The notes under the pieces were generated by a model that searched no databases, was not told the DNA's origin, and worked only from the letters and a program-made list of their open reading frames with translations. A stretch of 32,357 bases of DNA from the IMG/VR virus record IMGVR_UViG_3300025875_000078, positions 1-32,357 of that record, one strand, 5' to 3'. The position numbers were made by a program, and so were the translations under genes. Shown here one piece after another: positions 10,038-19,917 of this stretch (position 1 is its first letter; every line of letters begins with the position of its first letter). The stretch comes from a virus (lineage: Duplodnaviria > Caudoviricetes).

Positions 10038-10492
10038 TTTGTGAACCCGATCAAAGCTAGAATAGCTATCGTAGCCCATGTTACGATGCGTTCTATCATC
10101 CTGAATACCACTGCCCGCGCCTGCTTGCGGGCGTCAATTTCGTCGTCACGCTGCTGGCGACACTTTCGTGACTCTTCGTCGATTGAGCGGCGTATCCATC
10201 GGCGTTCTTCGGCGACTATCGGCTCTTCCTTGATTTTGAAGTCTATCCAGGAGTGGTCACGATCATGGTTTTTATAATGTTTTTCAAGTGCGATAGCCGC
10301 AATCCTTTTCTCATCTGAGATGAATGCGTCAATCTTATTTCCAAGCGCCATGATGGTGCTCTCCAGGGCGCGTAGAGTCCTGAGTTGGAACATGAGCACC
10401 GATCTGAGGTCTGTGTCAGTGGACCGTTGAATTGCGTTCAGAAGATCTTCTTCTGCATTGTTGCCAATGCTGCTAATTTCTGAATTATCCAT
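10034..10492 (-). CDS. Coiled-coil protein with C-terminal membrane anchor (lysis-module associated)
   Basis: GGAGG-like RBS before ATG 10492; C-terminal hydrophobic IVTWATIAILALIGF. Confidence 0.55.
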   Translation of the reverse strand: MDNSEISSIGNNAEEDLLNAIQRSTDTDLRSVLMFQLRTLRALESTIMALGNKIDAFISDEKRIAAIALEKHYKNHDRDHSWIDFKIKEEPIVAEERRWIRRSIDEESRKCRQQRDDEIDARKQARAVVFRMIERIVTWATIAILALIGFTK

Positions 10493-10493
10493 C

Positions 10494-11063
10494 CTACCAC
10501 CTATAATTAATTCCAACGCCAACAAACCATTGGCCATCGCTGTCCAAGGTTCCCGCTCCACCTAATTGAAGCGCCTTGATGCTTAGGAAACTTTGGCTCA
10601 CTGAAATCCTAGTAACCGGCCGCAACCCGTTCTTTATCCCATAGTGCAAGCCAACTTGCCCGCGTTGCGTAGCGGATACCCAGGGAAGCGTATCAGCGCG
10701 GGCGTAAACTGAACTCTCGCCGGTATCCTCGTCGTACACGGCCGTCACGGTGTATGGCCTATCCATTGTGTCTAGCTTTCCAACTGCTGAAACATGCTGC
10801 GCAGGGTCGGACTGAACAGCGTCAGGGAGGGTAAACTTGGCCTTTACCTTCGCCGAGTAGACTTTGGCCGGTGCCGCATTCGTGAGTGTCGTTTTGTCCT
10901 CGTTGCGTACTTCCATGGCTGGCGACAATGGTATTGAAGCGGATGGCGGAGTCTTTGGCCATTGCCACCATGCCAACATCGCAATTGCGCAGGCAAACAC
11001 AAGGGCATAGGCGATTATCGAAGTGGCATGAATTTGCCATCTCACTTTGATTTCTCGGTCCAT
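10494..11063 (-). CDS. Membrane-anchored lysis accessory protein (spanin-like)
   Basis: N-terminal TM helix; C-terminal beta-strand ending WFVGVGINYRW; follows holin and endolysin. Confidence 0.5.
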   Translation of the reverse strand: MDREIKVRWQIHATSIIAYALVFACAIAMLAWWQWPKTPPSASIPLSPAMEVRNEDKTTLTNAAPAKVYSAKVKAKFTLPDAVQSDPAQHVSAVGKLDTMDRPYTVTAVYDEDTGESSVYARADTLPWVSATQRGQVGLHYGIKNGLRPVTRISVSQSFLSIKALQLGGAGTLDSDGQWFVGVGINYRW

Positions 11064-11263
11064 TCACGGCCCAGCCAGATAGCCAGCACTGCGCCGAATG
11101 CAATACCGAACTCGGTCGCGCTCATAGCCGGAAAGGATAACCCAAAGATCGTCAAACTAGCGACGGAAAACTTGTAGATAAGAACAATTGCGGCGAGGGC
11201 GACGAACAGCAGAGTTCGTGACTCACGCCCACGGCTATCTTTGATGGAAGGAAGCAGATTCAT
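11042..11263 (-). CDS. Putative holin
   Basis: 73 aa with two TM segments and a charged C-terminus; next to the endolysin. Confidence 0.65.
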   Translation of the reverse strand: MNLLPSIKDSRGRESRTLLFVALAAIVLIYKFSVASLTIFGLSFPAMSATEFGIAFGAVLAIWLGREWTEKSK

Positions 11264-11306
11264 CAGGTTCTTCTCCGTAAAACCTCAGCCTCAGGCCGGG
11301 GGGATG

Positions 11307-11702
11307 TCAAGACGAAACCTCAAAATGGACGGATTCACGCAACCTCCCACGCCACCGGCCGGCCCAAGTCAGGCCGACCGATTCGCCCAGTATCCCAACT
11401 CTTGATACCAAGGATGCGTTGCCCCACTGGGCCTTGCCATTGACAATCGGGATGCAGTCATAGGCCAGCGAGGCCGCTACACCATCCTCGACGTGGTTGT
11501 GCTTGCTCTGCCCGCCGCGCGCATTGGTGACGATCGCGCCGTGAGCCGTGCGGCCCTTGGCGTATTCGGCGTTCTGCTCGACGTTGCTTCTGAAGGTGCA
11601 GTAGATCAACAGGTCGATGCCTTCGGAAGCGCACGCATTGATGTGCAGGAGTGCCTTTTCACGGATGTCCTGGCGAAGATCGGCAAGTGCCCGGCTGGCC
11701 AT
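11307..11702 (-). CDS. Endolysin, M15 family L-Ala-D-Glu peptidase
   Basis: TFRS..EQ..EYAKGRT...VTNARGGQSKHN...AYD...WAGRW...ESVHFE Zn-peptidase motifs. Confidence 0.9.
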   Translation of the reverse strand: MASRALADLRQDIREKALLHINACASEGIDLLIYCTFRSNVEQNAEYAKGRTAHGAIVTNARGGQSKHNHVEDGVAASLAYDCIPIVNGKAQWGNASLVSRVGILGESVGLTWAGRWRGRLRESVHFEVSS

Positions 11703-11704
11703 GA

Positions 11705-12112
11705 TCAGGCATCCATCACCGCGAAGGCGTTTGACGTGTGCGTTTGAATCTGCCCATCTTGGCCAGGCCGATGAGTGACGCGCATGATGGTTCGCATGTG
11801 CTCTATGACCTCAATGGGCAGACTGACTGGTACATCATACTTGAACTGGCCAACGAAAGCATTGTGGCCAATGAAGAAATAGTCATCGGTTACATCATGC
11901 GGGCGCTGCACGATCACATTGCGGTGCGTAGACGTATTGGCGGCGTGAGGGTTGGCCGGAGCGGCTGGGATTGGTTTCGCAGGGGTAGTGTTTTTGCTCA
12001 CAGTATCGGAGGCTATCGGTTGGGTGGGCGTGTCGTAGGGGTTGACAGGCGTAACGTGAACATCGGTTGATTTTTGTTGAATTGCAGGTGTTTTTGGAAT
12101 ACCACGCGACAT
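11705..12112 (-). CDS. Hypothetical protein following the capsid gene
   Basis: 135 aa; AAAGGAG RBS; Pro-rich N-terminal half and a C-terminal VPVSLPIEVIEHM motif. Confidence 0.65.
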   Translation of the reverse strand: MSRGIPKTPAIQQKSTDVHVTPVNPYDTPTQPIASDTVSKNTTPAKPIPAAPANPHAANTSTHRNVIVQRPHDVTDDYFFIGHNAFVGQFKYDVPVSLPIEVIEHMRTIMRVTHRPGQDGQIQTHTSNAFAVMDA

Positions 12113-12131
12113 TTGAAGCTCCTTTGGAATT

Positions 12132-12161
12132 AAAAAGCCCGATGGGGTGAGCCATCGGGCT
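12132..12161 (-). terminator. Rho-independent terminator after the capsid gene
   Basis: AGCCCGATGG-ctcacc-CCATCGGGCT followed by a T-run on the minus strand. Confidence 0.8.
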
Positions 12162-12182
12162 ATTGGTGAAGATCAACTAGGA

Positions 12183-13202
12183 TCAGAAGTCCTTCAGACA
12201 GCCAGTGACAAGCTTCTTGATGTGGGCAACCTGAACGACTTTTGCGGCCTGCATCGTCTTGTAGCCAGCCTTGGAGCGCTGGGCAAGGGGGTCGGAGTCG
12301 GACACGGCGGCACGGTGCATACTGGGAGTGACGGCATACGCGCCCTTCAGAGCAACACCAACCCAGGCATCGGCAGCGAAGATGCAGGTGTCGTACAGGT
12401 TGACATTCACACCGTCGTCAGACAGCAGGGTAGGCGCAGACGCCACGGCGACACCCGCATTGGCACGCTTGCCTAGGAGGGCGGACGAGATGAAGCGGAT
12501 GTTCTCGTAATTCCCGAACTCGCCCTGGAACTTCTGCGCGCCGGGGCCGTAATCCGCAACCGGGGTAAAGTTCGCCCCGAGGTTGCCCCGGATAGTGGCT
12601 TCCAGGTCGCTGTTAATCACAGCGATGTAGGCCGGCTCGATTGCCTGAGCGCCGTAGTCTGTACCGGCTTTGGCCATCTTGGTGATCGCCTTTCCGTAGT
12701 TGGCCTTGATGGAACGCAGGCCAGCCCGCACTTCCTTGGAGGTCAGCGAAGTGGTTACCTGGGCATCGGACGCAACACCGTTGGCGTAGATGACGTTGGC
12801 ACTGGTATCTGACACGATTGAGGACCAACGCATCAGTTCGATCACCTGGCCGGCATGTTCACCCAGGATACCCATGTACTCGGTGAGTACATCGTCAATG
12901 TGCATGTCGTCCACAACGTCGGTAACCCCCACCACGGCACCGTACTGCTGGAGCGTGACGGTGACCGATTCCATTGTCGGGATGGCTTCGGTCGGGGTGA
13001 CGCCTTCCGCAAGAATAAAGCCTGACGCAGTGGTCGGGATTGGCAACTTGTGGCGGCGGAAGTCCAGCGATTTGGTGCTGTTTGAGGGCATCGGCTTGAG
13101 TTGGCCGAACTGCTCCAGTACCATCATTGGGATGGCACGCTGAAGCAGCGTTTCAACCGAATGCACGGTCTGGTTCGTGTTAATTGAGGCATAATCAGTC
13201 AT
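12183..13202 (-). CDS. Major capsid protein, N4-gp56 family
   Basis: LQRAIPMMVLEQFG..KPMPSN, LAEGVTP, TLQQYG, SDPLAQRSKAGYK motifs. Confidence 0.9.
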   Translation of the reverse strand: MTDYASINTNQTVHSVETLLQRAIPMMVLEQFGQLKPMPSNSTKSLDFRRHKLPIPTTASGFILAEGVTPTEAIPTMESVTVTLQQYGAVVGVTDVVDDMHIDDVLTEYMGILGEHAGQVIELMRWSSIVSDTSANVIYANGVASDAQVTTSLTSKEVRAGLRSIKANYGKAITKMAKAGTDYGAQAIEPAYIAVINSDLEATIRGNLGANFTPVADYGPGAQKFQGEFGNYENIRFISSALLGKRANAGVAVASAPTLLSDDGVNVNLYDTCIFAADAWVGVALKGAYAVTPSMHRAAVSDSDPLAQRSKAGYKTMQAAKVVQVAHIKKLVTGCLKDF

Positions 13203-13391
13203 GATCTATCCTTTCGTTTATGGAAGAAGTAGTTACTTCCGCCTTTTGTCTGGTGGCCTCATGATTTCCGTATGCGGTCCAATTCCGGGGGGCTTTTGCC
13301 TGTCCCGGCGCCATGGAAGAAGCGCGGTTCTGAGTGCATCCCGTAAAGCGGTGCAGTCCAGTGGAACCGCCACTGGTCGGTAAATCAATTG

Positions 13392-14180
13392 TTACCTGGC
13401 GTTCCAGGCGGCTATAAATTCGTCGTCAGGGCTTTGCGCCGGGCGATTCGGGAGCGTGATCGGGGACGAACCGCGCACGGCTGTTGCCGCTTCGCTGTCG
13501 TCGTCGCCAGCACCTTCTTCTCCGGTGTTCAGGTGGGACTTGAATTTGGTTAAGAGGGCGATGACTTCCTGGGAAGTCCCGCTATTGATGATCCGATCGC
13601 ATTCAGCAGGGTCGTCCTGGGTTCTGCACCATTCATTGAATTCTGGTGTTTTTGCGATCTCATAGGCGTCTGCATGGGCCGACATGATGGCTTCCTTGTG
13701 GCGACCAATGCGCTCGCTTTTGAGGATTTCAATCACGTCGTCAATGTCGGCGCGCAAAGTCGCCGTTTCTTCTTCGTTGGACGCTGGAAGGCTCTCGCGG
13801 ATCACTTGGACGATCAGGTCGGCGAACTCAGGACCGAACTGCTCACTCAACTTGGCGAGTGCTTCGCCCGGTTCAGATTGCCCAGCGCTGGCCTCACGTG
13901 CCGCTATGTCTTCCTCCCGCTTGCGGAGCCGACCTTCCCATGACTTCTCGCGCTGCTTTTCGTCAGGGGTCATCCCTTCTCCCATCATGTCGGTAGCCTC
14001 GGCAGCCGGCATGGGTGGCGTCTCTCTGGTGGCGGACGGCTCGTCCATCATGTTTGGAGCCTGCATATCACCATTTGGCATCGGTTCACCATTTGGCATC
14101 GGTTCATCAGTGGGCATTTTGTCAACCCGCTTTTCGTAGCGGGCATCAAATGCTTGCTTGTAATCACGTTGATTTTTCAT
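13392..14180 (-). CDS. Capsid scaffolding protein
   Basis: Acidic, helical; lies between portal and MCP; KSWEGRLRK and AHADAYEI..TPEF..W motifs; RBS before ATG 14180. Confidence 0.7.
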   Translation of the reverse strand: MKNQRDYKQAFDARYEKRVDKMPTDEPMPNGEPMPNGDMQAPNMMDEPSATRETPPMPAAEATDMMGEGMTPDEKQREKSWEGRLRKREEDIAAREASAGQSEPGEALAKLSEQFGPEFADLIVQVIRESLPASNEEETATLRADIDDVIEILKSERIGRHKEAIMSAHADAYEIAKTPEFNEWCRTQDDPAECDRIINSGTSQEVIALLTKFKSHLNTGEEGAGDDDSEAATAVRGSSPITLPNRPAQSPDDEFIAAWNAR

Positions 14181-14209
14181 TTGGCATCCCTTCATGAAAG
14201 CCAGATAAC

Positions 14210-14229
14210 AAAAAACCCGCAGAAGCGGG
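14210..14229 (-). terminator. Rho-independent terminator
   Basis: CCCGC-ttct-GCGGG-TTTTTT on the minus strand. Confidence 0.6.
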
Positions 14230-14259
14230 CCGGTTTAGTCGGTGCCATCGGCCCCGATG

Positions 14260-14511
14260 TTAAAAAACGTACCCAGTGGTAGAGCCGGTCGAGATCGCGT
14301 CGGTAAGGGCTATCAACTGTTGAGCGCGTAACTGGTTCGCGGCAAGCATAGCGGGGTTGCAGGTTGCCATCCCGATCAATTGCTGCGCGGCCAGTGCGTC
14401 AAGCCAGTCAACAACCGACTGCTTTTGATCGCCTGTTAGCGTCGCGTGCAGAGCGGAAAATGCCTTATCCGCAACGCGCGCGGCGGCAGTCGCGTCTATG
14501 CTCGCGGTCAT
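14260..14511 (-). CDS. Small hypothetical protein after portal
   Basis: 83 aa; ATGA overlap with the portal stop. Confidence 0.65.
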   Translation of the reverse strand: MTASIDATAAARVADKAFSALHATLTGDQKQSVVDWLDALAAQQLIGMATCNPAMLAANQLRAQQLIALTDAISTGSTTGYVF

Positions 14512-16823
14512 CCGGAAATCCTTGATGTTTCGATGCCAGCCTCTTGCCCAATGGCGGGCGACATGGGTTCAGCCGTATCCGGCGTCATGGCCTCTATCTC
14601 GGCAGGAGCGGGTTCATCTGCGTTGTCAGCAAGTTGTTCTGGCGGAACTACAGGCTTATCTGGGATAGGCGCATCGGTAGCGCTCTGGTCGATGCCCCAT
14701 CCGGCTTCTTTCAGGAGCGCATCGCCAACCGGGGCAACCTCCTTGTTGGCGACGATAACACCAGCCGCCTGCATCGCGGAGTAGGCCGCCTTGACCTTGG
14801 CGTCTACCGCCTCTGCAATTGCCTTCTCCGTGTCGGCGGCGATCTTCCCGCTAGACGCCTTCAGGTTCTCGATGGTGGCTTGTAGCTTGTTGAGGTTGGC
14901 TTCCATCGTCTTCATTGCGAGTTCCTGCTGCATTTGCATCATCTGTTGCTGCATCTTTGCGCCAGGCGTGGCGGCATCTTCGTCAACTTCAACTTGGGTC
15001 TTCGCCAAGGAATCTAGTTCTTGCACTTTGGCCTTCTCGCGCACCAGAATATCCCACTTAATAAACTGGCGCTCTTCCGGCTGGAGGGTGGCACCAAACT
15101 GATTCAGCAAGTTGGCTCTCACCTCTTTTGCAACCAGTGAGGCAGCGCCAGTCGCCACAACGGCGTAGTCGCCCTTTATTGCATCATCACGCCCGAACTG
15201 CATGTTCCAGTGATACATGGCGGTAATGAAGCTCTTGGTGACTTCATCCCAGTTCGCCACTAGGTCTTTCAAGGCGATATTGGCCTGACCCAATAGCATT
15301 GACAGGCCACCCATAGTCCCTGCCGCCCCGTTTGTCGGGTTGTCGCCATACGTAAACTTTGGGATAGCGGTCGTTTCGTCTGCGCTGGTATCGAACAGCC
15401 TCTCCATTTCCATCAACTCGCCGATGTGCGAGTCGAAGTTCAGCGGCCGGATGGCCGGGTACTGGAAATCACCGCCGCTACGAGGCCACACACGCAGTGG
15501 GTGGATACTGGTGAAATCGGTTCCCTTAGGAAACGCCGGCACGAAAGCCTCAAACTGAGGCCCGGCACAGATCGCCCCATTGTCTAGGATCATGCGACGC
15601 GCGCTGTTTATCTGACTCTGGTCATCGCGCATGATTGAAGGGAAGCCGTCACCGAAGATGCTCGTCTCGTCTTTGTCCAGGTAGTACAGATGATAAGGGG
15701 TATCCATCCCGTTTATGGGGGATAGAACTGCCTTGACGACTTCGCCGTTTGGTAGCACCCAAACGTTACTGAAAAAGGTTTCCTGCATCCGGTCATTTGG
15801 AACATCTACGCCTGCCGCAGCAAGTTCCTCGGCCTTGAGCCAGCCCCACCGCTCATAGACATCGTATTGCCCGGTCTTGAGGTTCGTCAGCCGGCTCTGC
15901 TGGTTTCCGACTGCCATCAGGCCCTGCTCGTAGCGCATGAGGCGAATATCACCATCCGGGTTGACGTCAATGTGATTGAGGATAGCAGTCTGCTCAAAAC
16001 TCTTCCGTTTCGACATCTCGTATAGGGTCGCACGGCTTAGCCGGTGGTGCTCCCATGTGTAGCGGGCATCCTTCAGGTCGGTGACTGACATATCCGGATA
16101 CCATCGCCAGATGGGGACCTGCGTCACAAACGGGGTCGTGAACGTACGGCCGACCTGGGTGTATTTGCCGTTCGCCCATTTGTAGGACAAATCTGTCTTG
16201 CGTTCGACCAGTGGACCCTTGAGCACCCCAGTGCCGTATAGGTGCCCAGAGTGGAGCACCTCTCGGCAGACTTTTCGATATTTCGTCTCGGCCAGTTGGT
16301 CATCAATCCTTACCGCCATCTTCTCGGCGGCTTCTTTGGCAAATCCATTGACCGCCTTCTTCACATCTTCTGGGTCAACCGGACCACCTTGGCTAATCTG
16401 TCCGAGTGCATGGATGATCTCACGCTTCTTCGCGGCCGGTATGACGGGCTCTGGCGTGGCGTCAATCGAGTAGTTCCGCTCTCGATTGGCTGGGAAAAGC
16501 ATGTCGGTCATGCGGGCATCTACGCTCTCTACCTTCACTCTCGTCTTGCGCGCGAAGGCCTTGCTTCCGGTCATGATCGCCTCTTCTTCTGGCTCGTACT
16601 GGCCTTTGTATTGGCGCAAATCCGTGAGCCAGCGCTGCTCGGTCTCATCTCGGTATAGCTGCGCCTCAATGAACTCGCCCAAAAGTTGCGTGCCAAGCCC
16701 TAGCAGCGGGTTTGCGGATTGCTGCTCGGCGGTCGGGAGCCGGTCATTCCAGGCGCGTAGGTAGGCCTCGTCTGAGCGGGCACGTTCTGCCCGGAAGCGC
16801 GACTCCTTATTATCTTCTGTCAT
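14508..16823 (-). CDS. Portal protein
   Basis: 771 aa after TerL; WLTDLRQYKGQY, YGTGVLKGP, AGTMGGLSMLLG motifs; Gln-rich coiled-coil barrel. Confidence 0.85.
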   Translation of the reverse strand: MTEDNKESRFRAERARSDEAYLRAWNDRLPTAEQQSANPLLGLGTQLLGEFIEAQLYRDETEQRWLTDLRQYKGQYEPEEEAIMTGSKAFARKTRVKVESVDARMTDMLFPANRERNYSIDATPEPVIPAAKKREIIHALGQISQGGPVDPEDVKKAVNGFAKEAAEKMAVRIDDQLAETKYRKVCREVLHSGHLYGTGVLKGPLVERKTDLSYKWANGKYTQVGRTFTTPFVTQVPIWRWYPDMSVTDLKDARYTWEHHRLSRATLYEMSKRKSFEQTAILNHIDVNPDGDIRLMRYEQGLMAVGNQQSRLTNLKTGQYDVYERWGWLKAEELAAAGVDVPNDRMQETFFSNVWVLPNGEVVKAVLSPINGMDTPYHLYYLDKDETSIFGDGFPSIMRDDQSQINSARRMILDNGAICAGPQFEAFVPAFPKGTDFTSIHPLRVWPRSGGDFQYPAIRPLNFDSHIGELMEMERLFDTSADETTAIPKFTYGDNPTNGAAGTMGGLSMLLGQANIALKDLVANWDEVTKSFITAMYHWNMQFGRDDAIKGDYAVVATGAASLVAKEVRANLLNQFGATLQPEERQFIKWDILVREKAKVQELDSLAKTQVEVDEDAATPGAKMQQQMMQMQQELAMKTMEANLNKLQATIENLKASSGKIAADTEKAIAEAVDAKVKAAYSAMQAAGVIVANKEVAPVGDALLKEAGWGIDQSATDAPIPDKPVVPPEQLADNADEPAPAEIEAMTPDTAEPMSPAIGQEAGIETSRISG

Positions 16824-16875
16824 TCCATAGCCTCTTGATGACGCGCGCTAGTTCGTGAGCCAGGTAAGAGCATCA

Positions 16876-18480
16876 TCAATATCCCGATCTGGATGCAGGC
16901 CGCCGACCGGCTTGTAGCGCGGTGTCGGTGAGAATCTGGTGATCCAACATGTCGTTCTGAGCGCCAGGTATGGCAAAAGTCAGTGCGATGCTGTCGGCCT
17001 TGTTTGGCGACTTCACGCCGCGCCTCCGCATATCATCCTTCGATTCCAGCAAAAGCGACCCGCCTCGGTAGCCGTAGCGTACTGACGTCAATTCGGCATG
17101 GAGCGCATCGTCGTTTGGGACTGACGCGCCCTTGAGCCATTCCCTCATCTCTCCATACATCCGGGCGCGCAGGTTGTAATAGATGGTGGCAACCAATGGG
17201 ATGGGCATAACACCATTCGCGGAAGCCGCTCCATCCATGCGCAGGGAGGCATTTACTCCGACTACCACGCCAGCGAACTCGGCCATGCGGGTGAGCACGT
17301 CCACCACTCCGGCGCCGATGCCGATCTCGTCCACCGCGATCTGCTCGGGTTTCTCGCCATATGGGGCTAAGCAGTCGCGCACGTAGGCCGCGCCGGTAAA
17401 GCTGTCGAGGTTCTGCGCCTCTGCCTGGAACACGATTAAGCGGCCTCTACGGATGGTCACCGCGAACTTGTCGTCGCCGAAGCGTGCCGGGTCCACTCCC
17501 ACGCGCAGTCCACCAACTGCCTGCACCTGGGTCGGGCCACGAAGCATTGCCTCCTTTACCAAATCCCCGCCGATGAAGGAGTTGACCACGCTCGCTTCGT
17601 AGTTACGGTCAATCTCCTGGGCCACGATGGTCGGGTTGTCCGCCTTAGCCACCTGGGCATCGTACCACGCTTGGCTTTTTCTCGGATCATCGCGCCAGTC
17701 GAAGACGAACAGCGGCAACTTGCCTCCCTTGGCCTTGCGGTAGAACGGATTCCCGGCTCCGTTAGGCGTCGAAACATGCAGTTTGCAGTTGCTCGTCTGG
17801 CTCAGTGCGGCATCCACGGCCTCTGGCCGCTCGATATAGGCGGCCTCATCCAGAAAGTAAACGCTGGTACGTGCGCCACGCCCGATGTTGTCGCCAGCCT
17901 CGCCGACGATCTTTGCGCCATTCTCCGGGTTGGTTATGACCATGTAGGGCGCATGCTTCTTGCTGTTCCATCCGGCAGGGCGGAACTCGCGCGGCAAGAG
18001 GTCGATGAATGTCCGGACTTTCCAGAATAGCGATTTAGGGTCCCCAAGCTTGTCCACGTACTCCTCTTTGCGGCTGCCGAACCCAACCACGCTTCCTGGG
18101 TGGTAGAGGAAAATCCAGACGGCAGCAGCCACAGTCAACCAACTCACGCCCATGTCGCGGCTCTTCTCCGCCACGCCATCCTCTTGCCCTTTCCAGCGCT
18201 CTATGATCCAGTCGATGAACTCGACTTGCCGAGGGAACAGCAGGAACGGGACGACTGGGTCGATGCCACGCTCGACCAAGCGCGGGTCGAATGTCGATCC
18301 GAACAGGGTGACGAAGTCGCAAGGGTAGTCACGAAAGTGGGACTTCATCCCGCCGATGGCCCCTGGCTCCGCTCGCAACGCCTTCAGCATCCTGATTCTG
18401 CGCCGAATGATGACCTCGTAGTCCGGTGCCGTCCAGTCGAAGCCTGCCACAAGCTGCCTGGACAGGTCAGTGATCGGCAT
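16876..18480 (-). CDS. terL: Terminase large subunit
   Basis: EKSRDMGVSW Walker A-like, YFLDEAA Walker B, STPNG, GVDPARFGDD RNase H nuclease, SPNKADS. Confidence 0.95.
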   Translation of the reverse strand: MPITDLSRQLVAGFDWTAPDYEVIIRRRIRMLKALRAEPGAIGGMKSHFRDYPCDFVTLFGSTFDPRLVERGIDPVVPFLLFPRQVEFIDWIIERWKGQEDGVAEKSRDMGVSWLTVAAAVWIFLYHPGSVVGFGSRKEEYVDKLGDPKSLFWKVRTFIDLLPREFRPAGWNSKKHAPYMVITNPENGAKIVGEAGDNIGRGARTSVYFLDEAAYIERPEAVDAALSQTSNCKLHVSTPNGAGNPFYRKAKGGKLPLFVFDWRDDPRKSQAWYDAQVAKADNPTIVAQEIDRNYEASVVNSFIGGDLVKEAMLRGPTQVQAVGGLRVGVDPARFGDDKFAVTIRRGRLIVFQAEAQNLDSFTGAAYVRDCLAPYGEKPEQIAVDEIGIGAGVVDVLTRMAEFAGVVVGVNASLRMDGAASANGVMPIPLVATIYYNLRARMYGEMREWLKGASVPNDDALHAELTSVRYGYRGGSLLLESKDDMRRRGVKSPNKADSIALTFAIPGAQNDMLDHQILTDTALQAGRRPASRSGY

Positions 18481-18502
18481 TTTCGCCCCAGATACGGGCA
18501 TA

Positions 18503-18519
18503 ATGTGCAAATTGCACAT
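18503..18519. promoter_or_regulatory. Perfect inverted repeat (operator candidate)
   Basis: ATGTGCAA-A-TTGCACAT between the terL start and the divergent HTH gene. Confidence 0.5.
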
Positions 18520-18536
18520 ACCGGCCGCGTGGCACT

Positions 18537-18749
18537 ATGAACAAAACGCCAAGTTTCTCCTGCCTGATAGCCCATTGTGGGCTCACCAAGGCCGACGTGG
18601 CGCGCATCTGTGAGGTGGCGCCGTGTACCGTTTCTAGGTGGGGGGACAGCCCGCCCGCAATCGTACTTAGATACCTGGAGCTACACGCGGCCAGCAAATA
18701 CCTAGTCGACCTTGAGGTAGCTGTGCGGGCGCTGCCGGTGAGACGATGA
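18537..18749 (+). CDS. Small XRE/HTH DNA-binding protein
   Basis: GLTKADVARICEVAPCTVSRW helix-turn-helix; fills the terS-terL gap on the opposite strand. Confidence 0.7.
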   Translation: MNKTPSFSCLIAHCGLTKADVARICEVAPCTVSRWGDSPPAIVLRYLELHAASKYLVDLEVAVRALPVRR

Positions 18750-18775
18750 ATGCCATGTAAGCGCATGATTCTGGG

Positions 18776-19366
18776 CTATCCGAGGCCATCGCTGCACACC
18801 CGCCAGGCGTCGCACGCCGGCATCGCGTCTACGTCGCGCGCGTCAGGCGTGTCAGGTCCGGAGATCCCGAAGCTTTCGCGCTCCATAGCTACCAGCTTGG
18901 CCCGGGAGTCAACCAGTGCTTTGAATGCTGCTGCTGCTTTGTGGATGTCGATTGGCTCTGCTCCGTCACCCGCGTAAGCGCTTGATGCAACAAGGATTTC
19001 GTCGAACAGACGCTCAATTACGGCCGCGCGCTCAACCTGGTCACGGAAGCTCTTCCGATGGCGAATAATTACGCCGGCGGCTACATCCGATGCCTGTTCG
19101 ACCGCCAATCTGATCGTCTGTGCAGATTTCTGTGCACCCTCTCGTGCTGACTGCTCGATCAACTCCTGCACGTCGATCTCGCTTATTTTGGCCTGGGTGC
19201 GGGCCTGGATCGCCTGTGACAAGTCGCGGGTCCATCCGCCGGAGTGCATATGAGCGGTAATTGCGGTCGTGGAGATTGCGTGCTTCTGCGCGATCTGCCG
19301 GACAGTGATCTGTCCTGCGCGGTAATCGCGCTCTACCCGCTCCCAGTCGATCCGCTTAGCCATCAC
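18776..19366 (-). CDS. terS: Terminase small subunit
   Basis: IDWERVERDYRAG.ITVRQIA..H.IS..AI......GWTRDL HTH; C-terminal LVAMERESFGI; upstream of terL. Confidence 0.85.
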   Translation of the reverse strand: MMAKRIDWERVERDYRAGQITVRQIAQKHAISTTAITAHMHSGGWTRDLSQAIQARTQAKISEIDVQELIEQSAREGAQKSAQTIRLAVEQASDVAAGVIIRHRKSFRDQVERAAVIERLFDEILVASSAYAGDGAEPIDIHKAAAAFKALVDSRAKLVAMERESFGISGPDTPDARDVDAMPACDAWRVCSDGLG

Positions 19367-19889
19367 ATCCTCACGGCGTAGTAAGCAGCACTCGGCTGGA
19401 TCATGGCGGCATCATGGATGTAGTACGGCCGCGGGAGGCGGGTATAAATCGAAGTGGCGGCAGATTGGCAACGGTGGGTGTCGGGCACCAGACACTGAGT
19501 CTGAGCGACCTGTCGCGCGAATTGCTCAGTTAGGACAAGTGGGTAACCGTACATGATCTTATAGTATAGCGTTAAGGATTCTTCCCGGCTCGCAGGGCTG
19601 TGCGCCGCCAACATAGCGGATAGTCCGCGCGCTTTCTGGGGACACGGCTTCTCCTGCCCAGGGCGAAGTGCACTGGCTGGTGTCTGTCTCATGTAAATCC
19701 TTCGTTGTCCGGCGATGCTGCTCGGCAGATACATCGTCCAGCTAACTCTGATGGAGATCGCTCCGGAGGCCGATCTGCCTGGCGTATATCGTGGGCGCAA
19801 GTCCCCTACCCGTCAGTATACGACACTTTTCCTATGTCAAGTGTTTTTTTTACGTGACGGCCCATAAAAACATTTGATTGACATTTCCC

Positions 19890-19917
19890 TTGACGGCACT
19901 CGAATCGCGCGTATAAT
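19890..19917 (+). promoter_or_regulatory. Sigma70-type promoter of the accessory island
   Basis: TTGACG-N16-TATAAT; GGAG RBS and ATG at 19968. Confidence 0.75.

Noticed and set aside
19363-19800. 145-aa minus-strand ORF upstream of terS
   Set aside because: No recognisable motif and an uncertain start. It may be a remnant or late leader, so it was not called.
19815-19840. Minus-strand TTGACA...TATACT late promoter candidate
   Set aside because: The spacer is only 14 bp. The position is plausible but the geometry is non-canonical.
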